Shown in pieces: positions 43,821 through 52,422 of a DNA stretch of 64,000 nt. The notes beneath the pieces were generated by a model. The model was not told the origin of the DNA, made no database searches, and saw only the letters and a list, made by a program, of their open reading frames with translations. The stretch lies in NCBI GenBank assembly GCA_003162415.1, contig PMOL01000017.1, positions 34,532 through 98,531 of the forward strand. The letters run 5' to 3'. Positions within the stretch are counted from its first letter, which is position 1. The number at the start of each line of letters is the position of its first letter. Both the position numbers and the translations under genes were made by a program. The stretch is from Candidatus Dormiibacterota bacterium. GTDB lineage: Bacteria; Chloroflexota; Dormibacteria; Aeolococcales; Aeolococcaceae.

Positions 43821-44001
43821 GTCTCGGGAGCCGACCTGAGAATTCGCGTGGGTACAGTCTCCTTACGGGTGTGTCTCAGACAACTCTCAGTGTCCGAGCC
43901 CCGATTCGACCGCCGCCTCCACCCATTCCCCAGTCGGTACACTGAGATCGAGCCCGCCCCGTCGCGGGCTGCGCACTGATCCATTGCAAGGAGTACCAAC
44001 G

Positions 44002-44328
44002 ATGCCGTCCACTCCGGCCGAAATCTTCAGCGAGATCAATTCCCGCATTTCCGCAGATCCCGCCAAGACGGCAGGGATGAATGCCATCTATGCCTTCGAC
44101 CTCGGCGGCGAAGCGCCTGGCCAGTACCACATCTCGCTCAAGGACGGCAGCGCTGACGTCGGCGAAGGTGCTCCCGAGAACCCCAACATCACCATCACCA
44201 TGAAGTCGGAGGACTTCGTCGACCTGGCCACCGGCAAGCTCGACGGGACCATGGCGTTCATGAGCGGCAAGATCAAGATCAAGGGCGACATGGGGCTGGC
44301 GATGAAGCTTCAGTCGGTGCTCCGCTAA
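44002..44328 (+). CDS. SCP2 sterol-carrier-like domain protein
   Basis: The ATG follows AAGGAG. C-terminal FMSGKIKIKGDMGLAMKL motif of SCP2. Confidence 0.8.
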   Translation: MPSTPAEIFSEINSRISADPAKTAGMNAIYAFDLGGEAPGQYHISLKDGSADVGEGAPENPNITITMKSEDFVDLATGKLDGTMAFMSGKIKIKGDMGLAMKLQSVLR

Positions 44329-44348
44329 GCGCCATCGGTCCGCGCACG

Positions 44349-44666
44349 GTGGCCGTGGATGTCCGACCGGTGCGCTTCGATTACGACGAGCCGCATCGCT
44401 CGCTGCTGATCGAGTGGTCTGACGGTGCTGCGCATCACATTCCGTTCGCGGTGCTCCGCCGTGCCTGCCCATGCGCTGCGTGCAAGGGCGAACCCGGGTA
44501 TCGCGGCCGGTTCAACTCCGACCCGGAACTCCATCCCGGCGAAGACGAGCTCGCCGACATCTCGCTGGTCGGAGCCTATGGCCTCAACACCGTGTGGGCC
44601 GACGGGCACAACACCGGGATCTACACGTACCAGCGGCTCCGCGAACTCGGCGATGCGTCGGCGTAG
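44349..44666 (+). CDS. DUF971 domain protein
   Basis: LLIEWSDGAAHHIPFAVLRRACPCAAC pattern (the N-domain of gamma-butyrobetaine-hydroxylase-like proteins). Confidence 0.75.
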   Translation: MAVDVRPVRFDYDEPHRSLLIEWSDGAAHHIPFAVLRRACPCAACKGEPGYRGRFNSDPELHPGEDELADISLVGAYGLNTVWADGHNTGIYTYQRLRELGDASA

Positions 44667-44678
44667 AGTTTCGCCGGG

Positions 44679-45479
44679 ATGACCGCAGAAGTAACGCCGG
44701 CCACCGCTCCGGATCTCCTCAAGACCGTGACTGACGGCGTCCTGACACTCACGCTCAACCGGCCCGAGGTCCTCAACGCGATCACCCCCGCCCTCCTCGA
44801 TGAGGTCACCGACGCGCTCGGCGAGGCGGCGTCGCGGCGCACCGTGCGCGCCGTGATCATCACCGGCGCCGGACGTGGTTTCTGCAGCGGCCAGGACCTG
44901 CGTGCGGCCACCGCTGACGGCGGCCTCGACGTCGGCGCGGTGCTCCGCGATCACTACACACCGGCGATCAGGGCGATCCGGTCGATGGACCAGCCGGTCA
45001 TCGCTGCCGTCAACGGGGTTGCGGCAGGTGCCGGCTTCTCGCTCGCGCTCGCGTGCGATCTTCGGATCGCCGCCGAGTCGGCCACCTTCGTGCAGGCATT
45101 CGTGCGCATCGGGCTCATCCCCGACCTCGCCAGCACGTACTTTCTGCCCCGTCTCATCGGGCCCGCGCGCGCCGCCGAACTCATGATGCTCGGTGACACC
45201 GTCAACTCGGAACGGGCGCTCGAGCTGGGCATCGTCAACTGGGTCGTCCCGGATTCCGGGCTTGCCGCCGCGGCGGCCGAGCTGGCCGGCCGCCTCGCCC
45301 GAGGACCTCGCTCCATCGGCCTGACCAAGCGTGCTCTCCAGGTGTCGCACGAGAACGACCTCGAGGCCCAGCTCGCCGTCGAGGAGCGACTGCAGACCGA
45401 GGCCACGACCACGAGCGACTTCGTCGAGGGCGTGGGCGCCTTTCTCGAGAAGCGTCGGGCGACGTTCACCGGCTCGTAG
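44679..45479 (+). CDS. enoyl-CoA hydratase/isomerase (crotonase) family protein
   Basis: LTLNRPEVLNA, ITGAGRGFCSGQDL oxyanion-hole motif, and AAVNGVAAGAG. Confidence 0.9.
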   Translation: MTAEVTPATAPDLLKTVTDGVLTLTLNRPEVLNAITPALLDEVTDALGEAASRRTVRAVIITGAGRGFCSGQDLRAATADGGLDVGAVLRDHYTPAIRAIRSMDQPVIAAVNGVAAGAGFSLALACDLRIAAESATFVQAFVRIGLIPDLASTYFLPRLIGPARAAELMMLGDTVNSERALELGIVNWVVPDSGLAAAAAELAGRLARGPRSIGLTKRALQVSHENDLEAQLAVEERLQTEATTTSDFVEGVGAFLEKRRATFTGS

Positions 45480-45487
45480 GCGGCCGG

Positions 45488-46893
45488 ATGCTCAGCGCTC
45501 TCGACAAGCTCACGGCGTTGCTCGGTCCGGCGCGGGCCCTGAGCGGCGCCGACGTCAGCGAGGACGACTGGCACGACGAGTCGCTCGTCGCCCACTGGCA
45601 TGCGCCCGACGTGGTGGTCTCCCCCACTCCGCGGCCGACGTCGCCGAGATCATCACGATTGCCCGCGAGTTTCAGATGCCGGTTACCGCGCGCGGCTCCG
45701 GGACAGGCCTTGCCGGGGCGTGCGTTCCCCGTGAGGGCGGGATCCTGGTCGCGTTTCGCGAGATGAGCGCCATTCTTGAGATCGATGTCGAGAACCAGGT
45801 CGCCGTCGTTCAACCGGGCGTCAGCCTCCGCGAACTCGACGAGGCGACGGCGCGACACGGCCTTGTCTACCCAGTGTTTCCCGGCGAGAGCGGCGCCAGC
45901 CTCGGCGGCAGCGTGGCGACCAACGCCGGCGGCATGCGCGCAGTCAAGTACGGCGTCACCCGCCACCAGGTGCTCGGGCTCGAGGCGGTGCTCGGCACCG
46001 GGGAGGTCATCCGGACCGGGGGCAAATTCGTCAAGTCGACCTCCGGCTACGACCTCACGCAACTCATCGTCGGATCCGAGGGGACTCTGGCGATCGTCAC
46101 CGAGGCGATCCTGCGACTGTATCCGCGCCACGCGCACGCGGCCACCGTGCTTGCGCCCTTCCGCACCGTGGCGGAGATCGCCAGGGCGGTGCCGCGCATC
46201 GTCCAGAGTGGCGCCGCTCCGATGATCCTGGAGTACATCGACATGATGTCGATGGCAGCCATCACCGCAGCGCGCGGGCTGGAGTTGGGGATCGGCGCCG
46301 CCGTCAAGGACGCCGCGCTCGCCTACCTTGTCGTCGTCCTCGAGTCGCGAGACGCGGGGCGGCTCGACGAGGACGTCGAGGCGCTCGGTGACCTCATCAC
46401 CACGCTCGGCGCCCTCGACGTGTACGTGCTGCCGCCACGCGCGGCGACCGAGCTGATCGAGGCGCGGGAGCGTGCCTTCTTTGCCGCGAAGGCCGCAGGC
46501 GCCAACGAGATCATCGACACCGTCGTCCCGCGAGCTCAGATTCCCGAGTTTCTGGCACAGGTGGCAGTAATTGCGCAGGAAAGCGGGTCGATGGTGATCG
46601 GATGCGGCCATGCCGGCGACGGCAACGTCCATCTTTCGGTGTTCCAGTCCGAGCCGGAACGGCTCGAGCAGCTGCTGCGCAGCGTCTTCGAGACGGGGGC
46701 GGCACTGGGCGGTGCGGTCTCCGGTGAGCACGGTATCGGCACCGATAAACGCAGTCACTTCCTCGCCCTTGAGAGTCCCGCAAAGCTCGCGCTCATGCGC
46801 AGGATCAAGGGCGCCTTCGACCCCGACGGAATTCTCAATCCGGGCGCGATGCTCGAGGCGTCGCCGGCACTGACCAGCGCGGCCACCGGATGA
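45488..46893 (+). pseudogene. FAD-linked oxidase (GlcD/lactate-oxidase-like) interrupted by a frameshift near 45621-45627
   Basis: The N-terminus (MLSALDKLTALLGP..PDVVVSP) is in the frame of 45488. The rest (SAADVAEIITIAREFQMPVTARGSGTGLAG...) is in the frame of the 45331 ORF. The junction sits at a C5 run. Confidence 0.65.
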
Positions 46894-48443
46894 TCGGCGG
46901 AGAGGCGCTGGTGCGCAGCCTCGTGGCATCGAACGTCGACGTGGTCTTTGCCAACCCGGGCACATCGGAGATGCACTTCGTCGCAACGCTCGACGCGGTA
47001 CCCGAGATGCGTGGTGTGCTCGCCCTCTTCGAGGGTGCTGCGACCGGTGCCGCAGACGGCTACGGGCGGATGCGCGAGGCGCCCGCCGCCGCCCTGCTGC
47101 ACCTGGGGCCCGGCCTGGGAAACGGCCTTGCCAACCTCCACAACGCGAAGCGCAGCCATGCACCGGTGGTCACGATCGTCGGAGACCACGCGACCTACCA
47201 CAAGCAGTACGACGCTCCGCTGGAGTCGGACATCGACACCGTCGCACGCAGCGTCTCCACGTGGATCCGCCGCAGCACCCGTCCCGAGGATGCCGGTGCG
47301 GATGCCGCTGCGGCGGTGGCAGCCGCATGCGGCCCGCCAGGGCAGGTCGCAACCCTGATCCTGCCCGCCGACGTGTCGTGGTCCGAGGGTGGCTCTGTGG
47401 CGCCGCCGGAACCGTTGACCTCACGGGCAGCGGTGCGCGTGACCACCCTGGACGCCGCGGCAGCCGCGCTGCGCTCGAAGGAGAACACGGCGCTTCTGCT
47501 CGGCGGAACCGTGCTTCGCGAGCGCGGGCTTCGGGCCGCTTCGAGCATTGCCGCGGCAACCGGTGCCGAACTGCTCGCGGAGACATTCCCGGCTCGCGCC
47601 GAGCGGGGCGCGGGGATCCCGGTGATCCAGCGGCTCGCCTACCTCGCGGAGATGGCGGCCGGGCAGCTCGACGGGCTTCGGCACCTCATCCTCGTGGACA
47701 CGACGTCACCGGTCTCGTTCTTCGCCTATCCGGGCAAGCCGAGTGATCTCATCCCCGAGGGGTGCGAAGTCACTCTCCTCGCCGGCGGCGGCGATGACGC
47801 TGTTAGCGCGCTGGAGCTGCTTGCGAGCGAGCTCGGCGCCACTGTCGAGCCGGGGAGCGGGACCCTATCGAGGCCCGACAAACCAACCGGCGAGCTGGGT
47901 GCCGAGTCGATCGCCCGAGCGATCGGCGCGCTCCTGCCCGAGGGAGCGATCGTCTCGGACGAGGCGAACACGAGCGGCACCTTTCTTCCCACGTTCACGG
48001 CGGGCGCGCCTCGACACGACTGGCTGACCCTCACGGGTGGGTCGATCGGGCAGGGGCTTCCGGTCGCGCTCGGCGCGGCCATCGCGTGCCCGGATCGACC
48101 GGTGCTCGCACTCGAGGCCGATGGCTCGGCGCTCTACACGCTCCAGGCCCTCTGGTCAATGGCTCGGGAACAACTCGACGTCACCACGGTCATCTTCACC
48201 AACCGCCGCTACGCGATCCTGCGCATGGAGCTCGCCCGAGTCGGTGCCACCGCATCCGGGAAGCGAGCGCTCGAGATGCTCGACATCTCCCCGCCCGATA
48301 TCGACTTCACGGCCCTCGCTCGCGGCTTCGGAGTTCCGGCAACCCGGCCGGAGAGCGCCGAGGCCTTCGCCGCGGATCTGGCGCGAGCCTTTGCGGAACC
48401 GGGACCGCACCTCATCGAGGCGGTGATTCCCTCCCTGTTCTGA
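46890..48443 (+). CDS. thiamine-diphosphate-dependent enzyme (acetolactate-synthase-like)
   Basis: N-terminal VFANPGTSEMHF Pyr domain and C-terminal GGSIGQGLPVALGAA..ADGSALYT ThDP-binding motif. ATGA overlap with the upstream gene. Confidence 0.85.
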   Translation: MIGGEALVRSLVASNVDVVFANPGTSEMHFVATLDAVPEMRGVLALFEGAATGAADGYGRMREAPAAALLHLGPGLGNGLANLHNAKRSHAPVVTIVGDHATYHKQYDAPLESDIDTVARSVSTWIRRSTRPEDAGADAAAAVAAACGPPGQVATLILPADVSWSEGGSVAPPEPLTSRAAVRVTTLDAAAAALRSKENTALLLGGTVLRERGLRAASSIAAATGAELLAETFPARAERGAGIPVIQRLAYLAEMAAGQLDGLRHLILVDTTSPVSFFAYPGKPSDLIPEGCEVTLLAGGGDDAVSALELLASELGATVEPGSGTLSRPDKPTGELGAESIARAIGALLPEGAIVSDEANTSGTFLPTFTAGAPRHDWLTLTGGSIGQGLPVALGAAIACPDRPVLALEADGSALYTLQALWSMAREQLDVTTVIFTNRRYAILRMELARVGATASGKRALEMLDISPPDIDFTALARGFGVPATRPESAEAFAADLARAFAEPGPHLIEAVIPSLF

Positions 48444-49058
48444 TCAGACGCGGAGGCGTTCGCCTCCCCGAATCGGCATCGTGAGCCAGTTCTCTCGCGG
48501 GGGCAGCGGACAGCTCCAGCGCGGGTCGTAGCTGCACGACGGCTGGTAGGCGAAGTTGAAATCGAGCAGCAGCCGGCCGCTCCCGTCAGCACCCAGATCG
48601 GTTCCCTTGGCGGTGTCGAGCAGGTAGCGACCGGCTCTATAGGTCTCCTCGCCGCTGGTGGCGTCGCGATACGAGAGGAAGAACCCGCCAGCGTAATCGA
48701 GCAGCCAGAACATCGACAGGCTGACCGGCTCACCGCCGAGGATGAAGCGCACCGTGCCGGCGCGCTCGGCGGTGACATGACCGGTGGTCGAGTCGGGAAG
48801 CTCGAAGGTTGCGTCGTCGGCGGCTTCGACGTCGCCGATGGTGCGGAGCGCGGGGTCGTACTCGTAGTAGGTCGGGGTGGTCAGGTCGCCTCGCTCGCCT
48901 TCGGGCACCGGGCTCTGCGGGTGCGTCCGGAAGAGACGATCGCGCACCTCGCGCCAGTTCATCCACGAAGTGGCAGGATCCGGTTCGGCGCGGATCCCCG
49001 CGTACAGCTCGCTCACCTGCCGGCGCCAATCGGCCAGCTCGAGGCGTTCAGCGATCAC
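48444..49058 (-). CDS. DUF1684 domain protein
   Basis: WRRQVSELY..RDRLFRTHPQSP N-terminal pattern and C-terminal FNFAYQPSCSYDPRWSCP motif. Confidence 0.75.
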   Translation of the reverse strand: MIAERLELADWRRQVSELYAGIRAEPDPATSWMNWREVRDRLFRTHPQSPVPEGERGDLTTPTYYEYDPALRTIGDVEAADDATFELPDSTTGHVTAERAGTVRFILGGEPVSLSMFWLLDYAGGFFLSYRDATSGEETYRAGRYLLDTAKGTDLGADGSGRLLLDFNFAYQPSCSYDPRWSCPLPPRENWLTMPIRGGERLRV

Positions 49059-49079
49059 GCCCGGGAATGTACCGCGCGC

Positions 49080-49946
49080 CTACGGTCCGTCGCCGTAGAC
49101 GACGCCGCCGCGGAGCTCGTCCATACGGCGCATCCGCGCATGAGCGGTCTCGCCGAGACGCGCGAGCACTCCCGCGATCAGCGCCTCGGTGAGCGCGACC
49201 GCGGACACCAGGGAGTCGAATGGCGTGACCGCGGTCTGCACGCCGGTGACCAGCACGAAGCGTGCGGATGCCGCGGCCGGCGACAGCCACGGATCGGTGA
49301 CCACGACGACCGTGCTCCCGCGCCCCGCAGCGACCTTCGCGCTGTTGATGGTGTCGCTCTGGTAGCGGCGGTAATCGAACACGATGAGGACGTCGCGGCG
49401 TCCGAGGTCGACGAGGTGATCCGCGGGATTGCTCCGCTCCGGGTCGATGAGCTCCACCCCCGGGCGGATAAGGTGCAGCTGGCTCGCCAGGTAGCGGGCG
49501 AGGAACGTGCTCACCCGCCCGCCGAGGGAAAGCACACGCCGGCGCGGATCGGCGAGCAGGTCGATGACCGATTCGAAGTCGTGCTCCGAGACCATGTCGA
49601 GGCTGGCGCGCAGGCTGTGCTCGTACGTCGCAAACGCGTCGTGGAGCATCGACCCGTTCGAGTCCGCGGGGCGGGTCAGCTCGTAGCGCGCCAGTGGTGA
49701 GCTCAAGCGCTCCTGCAACTCCTGGCGGAGCGATTCCTGGAACTCGGGATAGCCGCGCAGCCCGAGCTTGGTGATGAAGCGCGTGACTGTGGCCGGGCTG
49801 ACCCCGGCGCGTTCCGCGAATCGGGTGAGGCTCTCGAGCCCGGCGACCGGGTAGAAGGCCAGCAACACCTGCGCGAGGCGTCGCTCGGAGGCACTGAGCG
49901 CTCCCATGCGTTGGCGCACCAACTCCCCGACCAGGAATTCAGGCAT
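49080..49946 (-). CDS. MurR/RpiR-family transcriptional regulator (HTH + SIS domain)
   Basis: SASERRLAQVLL..SLTRFAERAGVSPATVTRFITKLGLRGY HTH followed by a SIS domain. The ORF extension to 50804 is antisense to the permease. Confidence 0.85.
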   Translation of the reverse strand: MPEFLVGELVRQRMGALSASERRLAQVLLAFYPVAGLESLTRFAERAGVSPATVTRFITKLGLRGYPEFQESLRQELQERLSSPLARYELTRPADSNGSMLHDAFATYEHSLRASLDMVSEHDFESVIDLLADPRRRVLSLGGRVSTFLARYLASQLHLIRPGVELIDPERSNPADHLVDLGRRDVLIVFDYRRYQSDTINSAKVAAGRGSTVVVVTDPWLSPAAASARFVLVTGVQTAVTPFDSLVSAVALTEALIAGVLARLGETAHARMRRMDELRGGVVYGDGP

Positions 49947-49968
49947 TGAAACGATTCTTACAGTTTTG

Positions 49969-49980
49969 ACCCATTTGGGT
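49969..49980. promoter_or_regulatory. small palindrome ACCCA-TT-TGGGT in the divergent control region
   Basis: Lies in an AT-richer 117-nt spacer between the RpiR gene and the permease gene. Confidence 0.2.
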
Positions 49981-49996
49981 TTGTCCGATAAATCTG

Positions 49997-50026
49997 TTGA
50001 CGCTGGTACAGAGCCGCTGCTACTGT
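49997..50026 (+). promoter_or_regulatory. candidate sigma-70-type promoter of the permease operon
   Basis: TTGACG, an 18-nt spacer, then TACTGT (TAnnnT). 38 nt upstream of the ATG at 50064. Confidence 0.3.
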
Positions 50027-50063
50027 GCGCCCACCGCACCGGACCGCATGGGGAGAAGAGCCG

Positions 50064-51614
50064 ATGACCGTTCAGGGTATTGACAGCGATACCGAGAAGC
50101 TCCACCAGCTGGGGTACGCTCAAGAGCTGCTCCGGCGAATGGGGGGCTTCTCCAACTTCGCTGTCTCGTTCACGATCATCTCGATCCTCTCGGGTTGCCT
50201 GACCGCCTACGGCGTGGCCATGTTCAACGGCGGTCCGATCGACATGAACATCGGCTGGCCGCTGGTCGGCGTCATGGTCATCATCGTCGGGCTCGCGATG
50301 GCCGAGGTCTGCTCGAGCTACCCGACCGCCGGGGGTCTCTACTACTGGTCGGCGAAGCTCGGTGGCAAGAACGGAGCAGCGTGGAGCTGGTTCACCGGTT
50401 GGTTCAACCTCGTCGGTCAGGTCGCCGTGACAGCGGGCATCGACGGTGGGCTCGGACTGTTCGCGTCGGCATTTCTCAACAACTGGTTCGGCTATCCGCT
50501 CGATCCGCCCCACATCCTTCTCGTGTTCGCGATCGCGCTGGTCATCCACGGACTGCTGAACACATTCGGTATCCGGCTGGTCGCGCTCCTCAACGACATC
50601 TCGGTGTGGTGGCACATCATCGGTGTCGTCGTCATCGTCGCCGTGCTCCTGATCGCCCCGAAGCACCATCAGTCGATCGGGTTCATCTTCACGAGCTTCA
50701 ACAACGGAACCGGCGCGTCCTTCCCGGGCAACATGATCTACGTCTTCCTGATCGGTCTCTTGCTTGCCCAGTACACGTTCACCGGGTACGACGCATCTGC
50801 CCACATGACCGAGGAGACCAAGAACGCGGCCATTGCGGGACCGCGCGGCATCGTCCTGTCGATCGTGGTGTCGCTGTTCGCCGGCTGGATTCTCCTGATC
50901 GGTGTGACCGCGGCAATCCAGAACTACGGCGCCGAGTCAACTGCCGTGGTGCCGGCCGCGCAGATCTTCCTCGACGCTGCGGGCGGGGGTCTTGGACAGT
51001 TCCTGCTGCTGATCGCAATCGGCGCGCAGTTCTACTGCGGGATGTCGTCGATCACCGCGAACTCGCGAATGATCTATGCATTCTCGCGCGACGGCGCGGT
51101 GCCCGGACACCGGCTCTGGAGCAAGATCAACAAGCGCACGCGCACCCCAACCAACTCCATCTGGCTCGCGGTGGTCGGCGCGTTCATCCTCTTCGTCCCG
51201 TATCTGTTCAATGCCTTCGCGTATGCGGCGGTCATCTCCATCGCGGTCATCGGTCTCTACATCGCGTACGGCATCCCGATCTTCCTGCGCTTGCGCGCCG
51301 GGTCGACCTTCCAGCCTGGACCGTGGAGCCTCGGCAAGTGGAGCCGCCCGATCGGCATCATCGCGGTCGCGTGGATCGTGATCATCAGCATCCTCTTCAT
51401 CCTGCCCACGGCATTCCCGGTCACCGGAACCAACTTCAACTACACGATCGTTGCGTTTGTCGTCGTCCTGGGAGCAACCAGCATCTGGTGGATGGTGTCC
51501 GCCAAGAGGTGGTTCAAGGGACCGCGCATTCAGGGGACCGCGGAAGAACTCGCCTCGATCGAGGCCGGGTTCGTGGACACCGCGACGCCGGTGCCCGCGG
51601 TTTCAGCACGCTGA
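50064..51614 (+). CDS. APC-superfamily amino acid/polyamine permease
   Basis: The ATG at 50064 follows GGGAGAAG. About 12 TM segments. FSNFAVSFTIIS and SYPTAGGLYYW motifs. Confidence 0.85.
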   Translation: MTVQGIDSDTEKLHQLGYAQELLRRMGGFSNFAVSFTIISILSGCLTAYGVAMFNGGPIDMNIGWPLVGVMVIIVGLAMAEVCSSYPTAGGLYYWSAKLGGKNGAAWSWFTGWFNLVGQVAVTAGIDGGLGLFASAFLNNWFGYPLDPPHILLVFAIALVIHGLLNTFGIRLVALLNDISVWWHIIGVVVIVAVLLIAPKHHQSIGFIFTSFNNGTGASFPGNMIYVFLIGLLLAQYTFTGYDASAHMTEETKNAAIAGPRGIVLSIVVSLFAGWILLIGVTAAIQNYGAESTAVVPAAQIFLDAAGGGLGQFLLLIAIGAQFYCGMSSITANSRMIYAFSRDGAVPGHRLWSKINKRTRTPTNSIWLAVVGAFILFVPYLFNAFAYAAVISIAVIGLYIAYGIPIFLRLRAGSTFQPGPWSLGKWSRPIGIIAVAWIVIISILFILPTAFPVTGTNFNYTIVAFVVVLGATSIWWMVSAKRWFKGPRIQGTAEELASIEAGFVDTATPVPAVSAR

Positions 51615-51684
51615 TAGGCTCACCAATCAGTTCATCACGCGTGCTCGCGGCCACGGCGCCGCGAGCACGCGAAGGATCCACAAC

Positions 51685-52419
51685 ATGCCCAAGCCCAGGA
51701 TCGGCGTGACCTGTAGTCCCCTGCGCGGACCGTCGTACTACTCGCCGTACCTTCGTGCCGTCGAGGCTGCCGGTGGTGAGCCGGTGACCCTCGATCCGCA
51801 GCCGAACGGTCTCGCGCCCGAACGGGCGACGGCGATGATCCACGGCATCGACGGACTGCTGGTGCCCGGAGGCTGGGACGTGGATCCCCCCGCTTATGGC
51901 GAGGCACGCCAGGAGGAAACCCCGAACGTAGATCCGCCGCTCGACCTCACCGAGATCGCGCTGGTGCGCGCCGCGGTCGACGAGGGTGTTCCGGTGTTTG
52001 GCATCTGTCGCGGCCAGCAGGTCATCAACGTCGCGCTCGGCGGGTCGTTGCGCCAGCACATTGACGGTCACGACAATCACGGTCATCCGCGCGACCTGCT
52101 CGCACACTCCATCGACGTCGTCCCTGGCTCCGAGCTGTCCAAGGTCACGCCGGGCGGCCATGTCATGGTCAACAGCCTCCACCACCAGTCGGTCAAGGAC
52201 GTCGCTCCGGGGCTCCATGTCACGGCGCACAGCCCCGACGGAGTCGTCGAGGGCATCGAATCAGCGGACGGGATGATCGTCGCCGTGCAATGCCATCCAG
52301 AGGAGTTGCTCGGCCAGCAGGGATGGGCGATGTCGCTCTTCCGCCGCTTCGTCGACCGTGTGGCCGAGCACAACCACAATGGCGCGGCTGCGATCGACAT
52401 CTCCAAGGAGGGAACGTGA
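51685..52419 (+). CDS. class-I glutamine amidotransferase-like hydrolase (peptidase C26, gamma-glutamyl-GABA-hydrolase-like)
   Basis: GICRGQQVINVALGG nucleophile-Cys motif and the HH..V / HPE region. GAAGGA SD. Confidence 0.85.
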   Translation: MPKPRIGVTCSPLRGPSYYSPYLRAVEAAGGEPVTLDPQPNGLAPERATAMIHGIDGLLVPGGWDVDPPAYGEARQEETPNVDPPLDLTEIALVRAAVDEGVPVFGICRGQQVINVALGGSLRQHIDGHDNHGHPRDLLAHSIDVVPGSELSKVTPGGHVMVNSLHHQSVKDVAPGLHVTAHSPDGVVEGIESADGMIVAVQCHPEELLGQQGWAMSLFRRFVDRVAEHNHNGAAAIDISKEGT

Positions 52420-52422
52420 TCG

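Noticed and set aside
45466-47163. 565-aa minus-strand ORF
   Set aside because: Antisense to the FAD-linked oxidase and the ThDP enzyme. No motifs, Arg-rich.
49947-50804. 5' extension of the RpiR ORF. The same issue applies to 40662-41312 (ApbE), 42352-42651 (DUF1501), 25510-26481 (regulator), 58340-58897 (DedA fusion), 38747-38881 (SPFH), 39210-39635 (NfeD) and 16099-16224 (GNAT).
   Set aside because: The extensions are Arg/Pro-rich, overlap neighbouring genes or their antisense strand, and precede internal starts. Those internal starts give family-typical N-termini, SD sequences or ATGA/GTGA coupling.
50195-51709. 504-aa plus-strand ORF in an alternative frame of the permease
   Set aside because: It is out of frame with a 12-TM APC permease that has clear hydrophobic periodicity. 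The alternative frame is Arg/Pro-rich.
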